Shown piece by piece: positions 23,839 to 35,800 of a DNA stretch of 64,000 nt. The stretch's first letter is position 1, and every line of letters begins with the position of its first letter. Source of the stretch: Antedon mediterranea (Eukaryota; Animalia; Echinodermata); NCBI RefSeq assembly GCF_964355755.1, contig NC_092674.1:22940001-23004000 (forward strand). Reading direction: 5' to 3'. Made by a program: the position numbers and the translations under genes. The notes under the pieces were generated by a model, which did no database searches, was not told where the DNA came from, and saw only the letters and a list, made by a program, of their open reading frames with translations.

Positions 23839-23916
23839 GATGGTGTCACTGTTCAATTTAAAATTAAAAAGACAACTCCGCTGAAAAAACTGATGAATAC
23901 ATTTGCTGAAAGACAG
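23839..23916 (+). CDS. SUMO: SUMO coding exon 3
   Basis: ttacag| DGVTVQFKIKKTTPLKKLMNTFAERQ |gtaaa. Confidence 0.95.
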
Positions 23917-24010
23917 GTAAATAAGAAAGATGGGATACTTTTTGTAACTTTTGTGGAGATTATTTCAATGTCATATGTGAGGTCTGTACTTTACTTACAA
24001 GTGAAACTAA

Positions 24011-24151
24011 AGCCTGTCTACACTATCAATCTAGTTTGACAAAAAAAAGTGTGATGTGCCCAAATATGGTAGTGATATTACAGTAAGGTCATTGTGTCCA
24101 TACTGTATATGGGCACATCACATTTTTTTGTCACATAATGTAGATAGTGTA
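24011..24151. mobile_element. Palindromic MITE, family B copy 2 (in SUMO intron 3)
   Basis: Shares ctgtctacactatcaa..agtttgacaaaaaaaagtgtgatgtgcccaaatatggta with 14727-14886; right TIR eroded. Confidence 0.8.
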
Positions 24152-24269
24152 TTGTTCACTGTGTGGGGTACATCGTTTCTATCACTCATTGGTGCATTGT
24201 TTGAATCAAAAAGGCTTGTACCAAATAGTTTCATAAATTGTAAATAACATTTTTTTTTCTCTTTTTTAG

Positions 24270-24341
24270 GGATTAAATATAAATTCGATACGTTTTATGT
24301 TTGAAGGTTCAAGAATTAATAACAATGATACACCAGCATCG
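24270..24341 (+). CDS. SUMO: SUMO coding exon 4
   Basis: tttttag| GLNINSIRFMFEGSRINNNDTPAS |gtatg. Confidence 0.95.
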
Positions 24342-24802
24342 GTATGTCAAATATTATTAATTCATTGCTGTATTCATTATAATAAATGCAACACTTTGAA
24401 TAAACATTCCCTCAAATGAATGCCCGACATAAAAGATCTTTTGAAATAAAATGACCCCTTCAAATATTTTCCTTTGTAAATGCCTCTTCACATGCTTACT
24501 CAATATTGTAGTAAATGACACATTTAAAGTATTTTGTACCAAATTATTTGGAATTTATTTGATTGTACATGTTACCATATTACGCCCAAAAAAAGTTGAT
24601 TTGTGTGAAAACTAGACTTTTCTAGGTTATGTGAAAGGGGTACAGTATTATACAGTCAACTGGGTACTTGTGTAATGGCCTAAAATGTCCAATGTTTTTA
24701 TGATTAAAAGAGAATATTGGACTTCAAGAAAAATGTGGTTTTGGGAGTCGATTGTAGTGCGAGTTGAAAAATAATGGTTTTTAAATGTGTCTTTCTTTTT
24801 AG

Positions 24803-24874
24803 TTGGAAATGGAAGAAGATGATCAAATCGAAGTATATACGGAACAAACAGGTGGTGTTTTATGTCAACAATAA
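24803..24874 (+). CDS. SUMO: SUMO coding exon 5 with di-glycine motif
   Basis: tttttag| LEMEEDDQIEVYTEQTGG-VLCQQ*; total CDS 291 nt = 96 aa. Confidence 0.95.
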   Translation: MEMEEDDQIEVYTEQTGGVLCQQ

Positions 24875-25509
24875 AACATAGGAGAATAGAGTCTTGTTTT
24901 CCAAAAATCTTGTACAGAATGCGATGGTGATCCAGTTAGACGCAACAATCTTTGAATTCAAGCTTACGTTGGGCGTGCATATTCTTCAGTGATATTGCAG
25001 AGAAATGGCTAGCGATGGGATTAAAGGAAATGAGGCTTAACTCCAAATTAGATGTGTATAAACCAACTGTATCAATCAAATTAACATCTCATATAATGTA
25101 AATTATAATGACTGTCTTGTACCCTTATTCTCATAAAATACAACACTTAATCGATAGATTGAACCCGGTGATCATATAATTGCTACTGCTTTTGCCTAAT
25201 AGAACCACAAAATAGGCGAATATAATACTCAATAGTACGTATATCAGTACGTATATGAATTGCATGACCGTTTTCCAGTGTTGTTACCACAAAAAAAAAA
25301 TTAGGCTAAACATATAAAATATTAATGCAGTACAACAGAATAAACCTGTGTATTCAAATGTATTCTCTTTTTCATTATGAATGTAGGCTTGCCGCATGAA
25401 TTTTGGGAAAACAAATAATTTTGTTCGGTGGAACTAGTGTTCCGAAACATAGAATGTATCATTGTGAAAGCATAGCGATTATATGATATCTTGGCTTAAC
25501 CTTTTCTAA

Positions 25510-25846
25510 AGGCCCATTTACACAAGGACGATAAAGATTGACGATAATAGATACATATGCATTTTTCCTACATAAAACTAAAGAAATCTAAAAGGTCTAT
25601 GCTGCCTAAAGATGATAATATTTTCACACTTTGCATCATTTGATGTCATGGTTAGTACGACAAGAGCAATAATATGATACGATTATATTGATCTTGATAT
25701 CATTTAATTAGATTTAAACAATTTTTTAAATGGTCATCCTATAGTTCTATAATGAAAACCTTTTGAATTTCTTTTGTTTTATGTAAGAAAAAATGTATGT
25801 TTATCCATTTTTTGCCGATGGCTATCGTCCAAGTGTGTTGCAGCCT
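25510..25846. mobile_element. Palindromic PIF/Harbinger-like MITE (about 340 bp)
   Basis: TAA|aggcccatttacacaaggacgata ... tatcgtccaagtgtgttgcagcct|TAA; internal arms ttttcctacataaaac / gttttatgtaagaaaa are also inverted. Confidence 0.72.
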
Positions 25847-26271
25847 TAAGGGTTACAAGTAACATTGTACATAAGTAGAGAATTTTCTTAAATGATTACA
25901 GTAATAATGATCATACAACTGGATTTTAAGTATGTAAAATTTTTGTAAGTAATGTTATTGTTTAAACAGGTAATTAGTGTTTTTTTTTTTTGTAATTAAG
26001 GTGCTGTAGCTTATAAAATACCCAGTTTATTTACTTATTCTCACCTAATAACAACAAAAGAATGTAAGTTGACCATTCACAAGCGACAGGTCATCTGAAC
26101 TGTCACTTTTTATTGGTCAAAATGCGTACATTTTTGCTTCCTATTCGGATCTACACTTAGTCAGTTCGCTTGTGTTGAATTCAATTGGAATCAAGCTTAA
26201 GCTTTTTCTGTAATTGAATTAATCCCAGATTGCATTGAGGATTTTCACTATTCCAACTGGTCCTTGTGTAA

Positions 26272-26406
26272 AGCTCTTTGTACACTATCAAACTTTATGT
26301 TTAAAAAAAAAAGTGATATGAACATATATACATGGTCATATAACTACCATATTTGGGTACATCACACTTTTCTTTGTCAAACTAGTTTGATAGTGTAAAC
26401 AGAGCT
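26272..26406. mobile_element. Palindromic MITE, family B copy 3 (opposite orientation)
   Basis: agctctttgtacactatcaaact ... agtttgatagtgtaaacagagct with taa/tta flanks. Confidence 0.82.
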
Positions 26407-27441
26407 TTAGGTTATACCTCATGTCAATTAAATTACAGCATGCTTCTATCTAAAATGATATTCAATTTTTTTACATAAGACGCATGGCAAAATATATAAA
26501 TTTTTATATGAAAACATTTTACTTCTTATGCAATTTGGCTTTTATTTCAAATTTACACGTGTATAGGCTAATGTTGGTGTAATGAATTTGCAGTCCAAAA
26601 AAACAAATTTAATTTTCTAAAATTTAGTTAGATTCACATCTAGATTTTGAATTAGTTTTCCCGATATTTGGCTTAACAATTCGATATTGTGACGTATCAA
26701 AAATATGAATAATTGTTTTAAAGTCCTGACGCAAGCATTTACAAACCTCCAAACACTTGAAGATGGTGATCATGCAGTATTTATTGAAAATAGAACGATT
26801 CTTTCACATTTTTTCCCTAATTAAATTACATGAAAATATCTAATAGAGTAGAGCCCTCCTTTAGGACACGCCTATCCAGTATTTGATGGCCCATTAGGAG
26901 TGCTAAAACAGGGACCTTTGTCCCCATGCATTATGCCACAGCCTATTAAGGGTAGGGTCCAAAAGGTGTCGCTGGTGGGAAAGGTTGTGCAACTTCAAAA
27001 TTTAATGAAGTATTTTTGTTTATAAGCCTTTTTGCAGATTAAGAAATCATGCAGTGCTCACAACAATGCCCTTTTTTGGTATTGGTATGATATCTATAGG
27101 ATCATTTTGCATCAAATCAACAAATAATAAAAAGTAAATTCATGTAAATTAAAATGTTCATAAGTGCAGAATACATGGGCTCAAACTTTGAACATTTATA
27201 TTACGAATATTGTACACAATGAATTCTGAAAGCTAACCATACCTCACTACATTGATTTGACCCAGAATGACGCCATAGGTAGCAAACATACATGGACAGG
27301 TACGATATGGTATTTTTTAAAGGCTCAGATCCACTAATTTAGCTTAGATTTTTTTATTACGTTTTCAAGATATGTTGTGTCTCCCAGTTAATGTTTTAAT
27401 GTGACGCGTCTTCCTCCAATTCAAGATATTGCTAATTTACT

Positions 27442-27550
27442 ATTTCCTCCATTTAAAGACCATTTTTGCCCTGACTAGACTTTAAGACTTAAATTCTAAA
27501 TACAGAGACCAACAGTTAACGGCTTATAGTGGTCTTTAATTGGAGGAAAT
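27442..27550. repeat. Inverted repeat (probable MITE remnant)
   Basis: atttcctccatttaaagacca / tggtctttaattggaggaaat, 20 of 21 positions complementary. Confidence 0.6.
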
Positions 27551-30500
27551 CTCTGTTTATTATTAAATTAATCCCAAATTGGTCTTGTATTGGAGACCTG
27601 TAATTAAAGTCATGTCATGTTTTTGTATTTAAACAAAAATTGTTGCTTACAAATCGGTATAAATGTGTTGTATTTGACAATCCTTTTAATAAACAATCTT
27701 TTTGTAATATATTTATACACAATATTAAGATACTATTTATTTCTTTTATTTTCAGTACCCCCAAAACTCTTTCAAATTATCCTTTTTTATGTAATTATTA
27801 TTTCAATCAACAAATAGTCAGAATAATAACAGTCATAAGAGTCTATGCAAATTCTTAAAATGTTTCTATATTTAGATATACTCTGACCTGTTTTGTAACA
27901 TGTTACCGTGTAGCTGGTGTAGGCGAATTTTTTTGCATGAGATAAAAATCGCGCTACCCTATCCGCACTACAAGATCGAATGTCTGCGATTTTAAATGCC
28001 TATCCATATTTACCGTACCAATGTAGTAAAAATTGATATCTGACTTGTTTTTTGTTTCTATTTCAATCTATGTTTTCTTGATGATATATGCTCGTAAACC
28101 AATTGATACAGCCTAAAATTGCTTGGAAAGTAGCTGGGATTCATATTTCCTCCGAACCCCAGCCGAAGTGCTCGATCTTTTTTCACCCCACCGCATCTTT
28201 CAAACCGAAACTTCGCCTTGCATGAACGTATATTACAACTCATTTCCTGAACTCTGATTGGTTGCGACTTAAAAGGGTATTATTATGCTTCAATGTCTAC
28301 AATTTTTAACTTTTCACCCTGAATCTTTGTTACAAATACATACATATCCAACAGACTATCAATGCCTATTGATTTTCAGGAAAATAATTAGATATGCCAA
28401 AAAAGCTTGTAAAAATCTCGAGTTTTTTAACTTCAATATGAACAGACATATGAAATAGTACGCCCTCTGTCGGTCTATGAATTTTGCCAAGTATTTTGCT
28501 CAGTTTCTGCGCGTTTAATCACGCTGCTGCTCTAGCCCACTACGTCCCATTAGGACTACTCAATCAGAAGCTAAAGCAAGCAGCAGTTATAGTTCCAAGG
28601 ACGACAGTTTTGCGAAAATGGGAACTCCACTATAATTTATAGATTTCCAGCTGCTAGACCCAAAAACGTCTGGGAAAAGAGTCTATTAGGACATGTCATG
28701 CTAAAATTACAAATCCCAAAGCATTTCTGGTATATATGAGTCCCATTTGACTGTAATTAGGCCTACTGACTTTTGACTGTATTTCACTGTCAGATATTCA
28801 TTGAATTGTTATCGAAACAGTCCATTAATGTTTGTGTTTGTAATAGGATACTTCACACTTAAAATATCTAGGGTGGTGAAGTGACCCCCAGACTTGACCT
28901 TAGCAATACAATTAACTAGTGACAGAAATTGAGTATTCACTTCTGTAACAAAAAAATAATATTTATTCACATATTAAAAGAGAAAAGAAACCCCAAAACC
29001 ATTGTCTGACAGACAATTTAAGTATTTGTTGCTTTAAATTACATTTTTTCAGGTAAAATAACTATTAGGCCTATTTGAAAATAAAATGACACATTCAAAA
29101 ACATTTGAAATAAAAAATATTTTTCAATAAGCGAGCAGCGTTTTTTTTTATACTGTATTTATTATCATTTACTTTCGATTTGTTAATTTTTTTAAATTAT
29201 AGAATAGGGTGTGTATTTGCATATTTATGTAAAGATGTATAACCCACAAGCATGTGTTCCCTGGTTTTACCATCAGACAAAGCTTTGTCATCACCCACGG
29301 ATTGCAAGTTTGGGAAGTTATAACCAGAGAGACTCCTATTTAATCTCTTCCAATTACCTAACAATAGGTTTGTTTACGTACATTTCATGACCACAAGACC
29401 GACATAGGATGCACGTATTCATTATGTTGTTGTAAATATCATCAGCACAGTAATTCATTATATTATATTGCCATCATCCGGGCTTCATGATTAAGCCTCC
29501 TACATGGCCTTCCTTTTCTTCAACCCTGTTTTGCCGCGAAAAAAAATTGTCTTTTGGAGCAACCACCCGGCCCTTATTCATAAACCTACAATGACGTCAT
29601 TAACCAACATTTCACATTTCTAAACATTCTAGTTGCAGTACGGTAACCCTTTTCAGAGAGTGTCCACTGAATAGGACTAGGGGTTGACTGAAAAGAAAAT
29701 CTTGCATCTCATTCGTTGCTAGAAAGTTGCCAAAAATTAAGTGAGAAAACAAAGGCGGTTTATACTATATCATTCAATTCAGTATGGTTTACCCAATTCT
29801 AGAATGTTTCTGTAACTATTCAGTAACTTCTATAAAGGACATGCCGTTGGATCCAAACAATAAATTTGCCGTTGCAATTTAAAATGTACTTCCTAACTAA
29901 AGCCGATTTTTCATCACTAGGCAAATTTGTTGCGCGAATCGAAAGCATCAGCATATACGCATGCGTAGAGAGGGATTTAGAAGATGAAAACATGAATACG
30001 CATAAGTTACGGTAAAAAACTTAAACCTAAAAATATTTTCAAAATCAACATTTTATTGTTATAGGCCTAAGATAAAAAGATTTATAAAGCGCACATATCC
30101 ACAAAGTGCTCAAGGCGATTGTTCACAATATTAGGCACACTTTTGTCAAAACGAAGAATACAAGAAAGGATGAGAAGTTTTAAAGTTTTAATTTAAGTTA
30201 AATACGATTACCCTAAGCCGGTGGCGTCCATATAAAAGTGACATTTTGCTATAGCAATAGTAGGCCTTATTAATCCTATTTTCAGTATATGTTAAACGTA
30301 TTTAATCCATGTATGGTCTTAACTAATAAGAAAAAAAATAATCTGATGTGCGGCTTTTTGTCTGTGTGTAGGCCTAGGTTTATCGGAGAATCATCGGAAG
30401 TCTGTGGGAGCATTACATTCAAATATGGTTGTTCATTTCCATTCTTACATTCAAGAAGCTATGAAATTATTTATTACTTCCGTGTCTTCCAGACAATTTT

Positions 30501-31900
30501 GGTAGTTCGCTGGTTTATCCATCGCGTGATACTTTGTATGGGTTTTTCCCACCAGCCAAACAAAGTTCACTGAAAAAGTTGATGTAGAATTAATCCTTCA
30601 TTTTATGTTTTTTCTAAGAAATTGTATGTTAGACCTATATTGGTATTGTTTATTAGGAAAATAAATATTAATTTGTGAATAATAAATCAATAATGAGTGA
30701 ATGAGAAATTCATTTTCGTTTAGAAGCTACTGTGTTCAAAGCTGTTTTCAGTGTTTTTTTGGCCTAAATACATTTGAATTTCAATTGAAAAACATAATTC
30801 AAACAAAACAGTAAAAATATTTTTTTTTATTCCAAGGAACTAAGATTTGCAGGAATTGATCTGGCCTACTAAATGTTTGGGTGCTGATGGTGTTTGTGTG
30901 TTCGAAAATTAAAGGAAACCAGTTATAAATCAGAAATTAATTTTTAGAACGAAAATTATACAGTATATTGGTTAGTTTACAGAAATTTTGAATTCCGACA
31001 TTTTAATGGCAGCCAAAAATGAAAAACCTTACCATAAATGTATTTTTTTGGAAATGTGTTTAGTCTTCTTGTTTTTTAGTACTTCTGTACCAGGATTACA
31101 TTATTGTTTTAATGTACTTTTTCCTACAATATTCATTGGTTACAATTAATTAATTTTTTCTTAAATTATTAACTACTATTGTACTATTTTCCTACAAAAT
31201 TTATTGGTATATAATCAATCGATTTTAATTTTGCTCAATGTATTTCTACATTATACTACTGTAGGCTCGCACCTCGGATAGAACATTAAGAAGCTGGCTG
31301 CGCATAAACAAAATAAAACTGCGCCCTCTTTTTAAATGACGTTAGGCATTACATTACAGTACATTAAAAATGCCAACAAAGCAAATTGTATATTCAATGT
31401 GCAATGGAACAAAACATTTCAATCGGTGAAAAAAAGAAAATATGTTCTATTTTCACTTTCATGAAATTATTTTTACCATTAGGCTACACTCATAATTAAC
31501 ATTCGTTATTTGACAACAGGGCCTATGGACAAACGTTCGGGTCCGTGGCATTACCTAAACGGCCCTATAGTTACATTGTAGGCCTACTTACTATTCATTA
31601 TTCAAAAGACAATCGAAGCACTGTTATCCTATTGAATAGGCTATCTAGGTTACCCTGATGTTAGAGCTCGACGATTTTGAAATAGAGCCTGTGGATGGAG
31701 AGGGTGGAGTTTTTTTAACTCAACCCACGTTCCTATATTTCGATTCAAAATTTTACTAAATATTAAAACATATAATGTTGTTATTTATTTATAATAGAAC
31801 GCTTTCAAACTGTCTCGCTTCTTTCTGGGTAGGCCTACTACAGTGAGGCGGGGCCATCTATTATTCACCCAAAAATAATCTCTTTAGCCTTGAAGTTAAC

Positions 31901-32283
31901 AACATTATCAAAATAAATTTATAACATGAGATATGGCAGTCCTAAACATTGAATCCATTTGGAGACGTGCTTCCTACTCAAATTATTATATATAAAACTG
32001 ATTTTTATAAAGTATCTCCTAAAATATCCTACCAATTACCATATACCATTAGTAGGCCTGCCAGGCTGAATCAAGGATTTGTTTTTAAATCTGAGAGTGC
32101 AACATATCAAATATAAATTTATAACATGAGATGTGGCATACATTGATGACGTGCTTTCTATTCAAAATCATTATCTATAAACATTGATTTATAAACAAAT
32201 TTAATTATTATGTGCTAAAATATTCTACCACTACCAGTTATCATACCATTGGTCCTATCAGGATGAATCCTGGATTTTTAAAA
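31901..32283. repeat. Diverged tandem duplication (2 x about 190 bp) upstream of FREM2/ECM3
   Basis: 31901-32089 and 32101-32283 share ataaatttataacatgagat.tggca, gacgtgctt.cta.tcaaa, ataccatt.gt and cagg.tgaatc..ggattt in the same order. Confidence 0.8.
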
Positions 32284-32855
32284 CTTTAGTCTAACATTAC
32301 AATATTCTGTAAAAAATAAATAACAAAAGTAGTAGTAACAAAGTAGTTCATTGTCACACCTCTTGCTCTACATGAATAAGATTTTTCGTGCGTTTTAACA
32401 GCCAAATTATCATATCATACAGTTAGGCCATACATGTTTTGAGGGAAACCAATGTCTTTAAATGTATATTCACTTCGACTGTAATAACAAGTTAAAATCT
32501 ATACCATCGAATCCTACAACTACAATATACAGTAATATAGGCTTTTGTAACTAAACAACGTGATTGCTGCGAAGTTACTATAAGCTCCGCCCCCATTCTA
32601 CTCACATACCACCGATACCGGCGAAAGCGGAGTAATATCAGCTAAGTTTGTTGCAAGCCCAGCCCACCCAAACATAAAACGAATTTGTCGGTCCGACTCT
32701 GAGTGTTCACTTGGTGCTTGGCAGCTACGGTTGGTGGTTAGTGGTGCGTGCTCGGTATAGTAGGTGACATTATATCGGGCTAAGTTCTTTTGAACATAGG
32801 CAACTGTGAGTCTGCTGCCTGTTATATTACTTTTGAACTAGCAAATTGTATCATA

Positions 32856-35800
32856 ATGGCTAGTTGGAAGTTTATGGTAGCGCTAACTACATTTTGTTTC
32901 TTGGGAACAACAAGTGCAGACTTTGGAGTTGGAGGGTCGGCTGCAGTAAGTAACCCTTTTGAAGTTGGAGGAAATGCTCAACGAGGAGATATACCAGACC
33001 CACAATTACCACCAGATCTTCCATTTATTGACACAATTATCGTTCGAAATACAGGTATTTCTGTTCCATTCGGACGTCAACATTATGTAGATCCAGAAAA
33101 TGAATTAAAAATGAATGTTCAACCAGGACATTATTGTTCCGTAGTTGTTTTAGAAGATCCACTCTCTCAAGTTCCTGGTCTTCTTTCTCCAACTTCATTT
33201 CCATGTGATTTTGGCGTCAACAGTTTGAGTTACTCTCATTTTGGGGCTAGAAAACCTCAATTAGACAGAGTAAAATTGCAGTTGACTTATAATACAGAAG
33301 ATAAAACATATATTATTCCATTCATGATGGAGGTGCGAGTTGAGTCTAAACAGCTGGAAATTGTCACAACCAACATCCCTCTAATTGTGCCGGATCTTAG
33401 AGGAATGAGTGAAGTTATTGATAATAACAAGCTTGAATTTTCTTATGATAAAGATAATGAAAATTGTTTTGTGACCGTACTTTTATCAGCTACTGGACTT
33501 CCCCGTTATGGTGAAATTACCAGTAATATCGAACGGGGAATGCCGATTCGTTGTGATGATTTTTTAACAAGATCAGTGGCATACATCCATACACATGCTG
33601 ATACGTCACCTAGTGAAGACTACATCCCAATGATGGTCGAGCTCTCTGACCTCAATGGTAATTCTATAAAACAAGAATACTTCCAAATGGCTGTTCGTAT
33701 TAGTGCAGGAGAGACAAACACACCACCCGAGTCATCTCCTGGTTCAATAATGATTATGGAAGTCAACCAGTTTGTGATGACTGCAATAACTAGTCTTGAG
33801 CTTGGAGCTGAAGATGATGGTACACCTTTTAATGATATTGTTTTCAACATTACTGGTCCATTTGGAGAAGGTGAAGGGTATATTGTTAGCACTGATGACC
33901 GAAACCTTCCTTTGAGTTCTTTTCGTCAAGAAGATATTGCTTCTCTGAAAATTGCATATGTACCACCAGCTGAAGACTCTGATGAAGAACGTGTTATTAC
34001 AATTAATTTTGAAGCTATTGATTCTGAACTAGCAGCATCAGAATCACTCCTATTCCATATTTCTGTAAAAGCCAAAAACACGTTGGCACCAGTTGTAACC
34101 AGAAATACAGGATTAACACTTTATGAAGGCCAGTATCGTACTTTTTTGACTTCCCAAAACTTGCAAATATCTGATGAAGACAACCGTGAAGATGTCATTA
34201 TTACTCCAATAAATGGACTTGTTAATGGTGAAATAAAAGTCAATGGAGTAAGTGGACAAAAATTTTTTACTATTCAAGATTTAGATGCTGGAGTTGTCAC
34301 TTACCATCATGATGGTTCAAACACTTACAGTGATAATGTAATTTTTAGGATGACTGATGGTGAAAACGAAGTAGAATTTCTATTTCCAATATACATCATT
34401 CAAGAAGATGATGAACCACCAGTTGTTAACGTCAACACAGGAATAATGCTAAACAAGGGTGAATATTACCCAATTAATCCATTTATTCTGAGTGCCACTG
34501 ATGTAGATTCTGATGACAGTAGTATAACCTTCATTTTGGAACCACCATTTTCGAACGAGGGTCGAATTGTTCGCCGACAATCATCCCCACCAGAAAATCC
34601 ACAAAACTGGGTATATGTAGGTGGTATTTATGAGCAGAGTATATCCGAATGGAAACAAAAAGACATTATCGAGGGAAGCATTTTCTATCACCATATTGGT
34701 GGCGTTAGCACAAATGTTGTAATGGATCAAACTTTGTTTCGTGTTAAGGATAACAACTTTCGACCAAATCTGTCACCAGTTCAGACATTTGTTGCAAAAA
34801 TTCTTCCTGTAGATGATGAGCCACCCTACCTTTACCCAGGAACCTCATTGCAGATGACTGTACATGAATTTGAATTAACAGAAATCTTAAAAAGTCAACT
34901 ACGCTACACAGACTTGCATACTGATGATCGTGAGCTTGAGTATACAATAACTACTCAACCATATGATGTGGATCTAAACAATCCCCTCCCAGCTGGTGAA
35001 ATTGTAATGTTTGAAGATCCTAGCATTGTCCCAATTAAGTTCACACAGGCCATGGTAAACCATAAGAAAATTGCTTACAAACCACCAAGTACAGAACTCG
35101 GAATTGCACCACGTATGATTGAGTTCGCATTTGCTGTGCAAGAACCAAACAATATCTTATCTGGGCAAACCTTCTCAATCTTGCTTCTTCCAGTAAACAA
35201 TCAGCCCCCAGTTATAAAAAACACAGGAGCGACAATTTTTGAAGGAGGGTCAGTTGTTTTCAGTACAGCAATGCTTGATGTCACGGACGAAGATACAGAC
35301 ATGTCTCAAATTAGGTTTTATGTTGTAGATGAACCAAAACATGGTACTCTTACATTTGATTCAGTTCCATTAATTAAGGGTGACTACTTTCTTTATGAAG
35401 ACATTGTAAATGGAAGAATAACCTACATCAACAGTGGAGGTGAAGAACTGGGAGATACTATTGGCTTAGAAGTAACAGATGGGATTCACAAAATGCCAAT
35501 TACAATTAACATTCAAGTCAGACCAGTAGATGATCAACAACCAATTATCAATCTTCCACCAGGAACCCTTGGTTCCTATGTTGAAGTGCCAGAAGGATCA
35601 TCAAGTCTTATCACCTCAAATATTCTTAGTGCATCAGACCCAGACACCGAAGACCTTATGCTGATGTTTATTATTAGTGCTCAGCCTAAAAAAGGAGTAA
35701 TTGAAAATGGTGGTCTTCAAGTTAATTCTTTTACCCAACAAGATGTAGTAAATGGATTCATTAGCTATCGTCACACCAGTGGAGAAATCGGACCAACCAT

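Noticed and set aside
24857-24874. Possible prenylation (CaaX) signal in the SUMO tail VLCQQ
   Set aside because: The cysteine is third from the end, not fourth, and the tail is expected to be cleaved after GG.
32790-32855. N-terminal extension of the 1732-aa ORF in the track
   Set aside because: It starts at TTG; the first ATG (32856) directly precedes a typical signal peptide.
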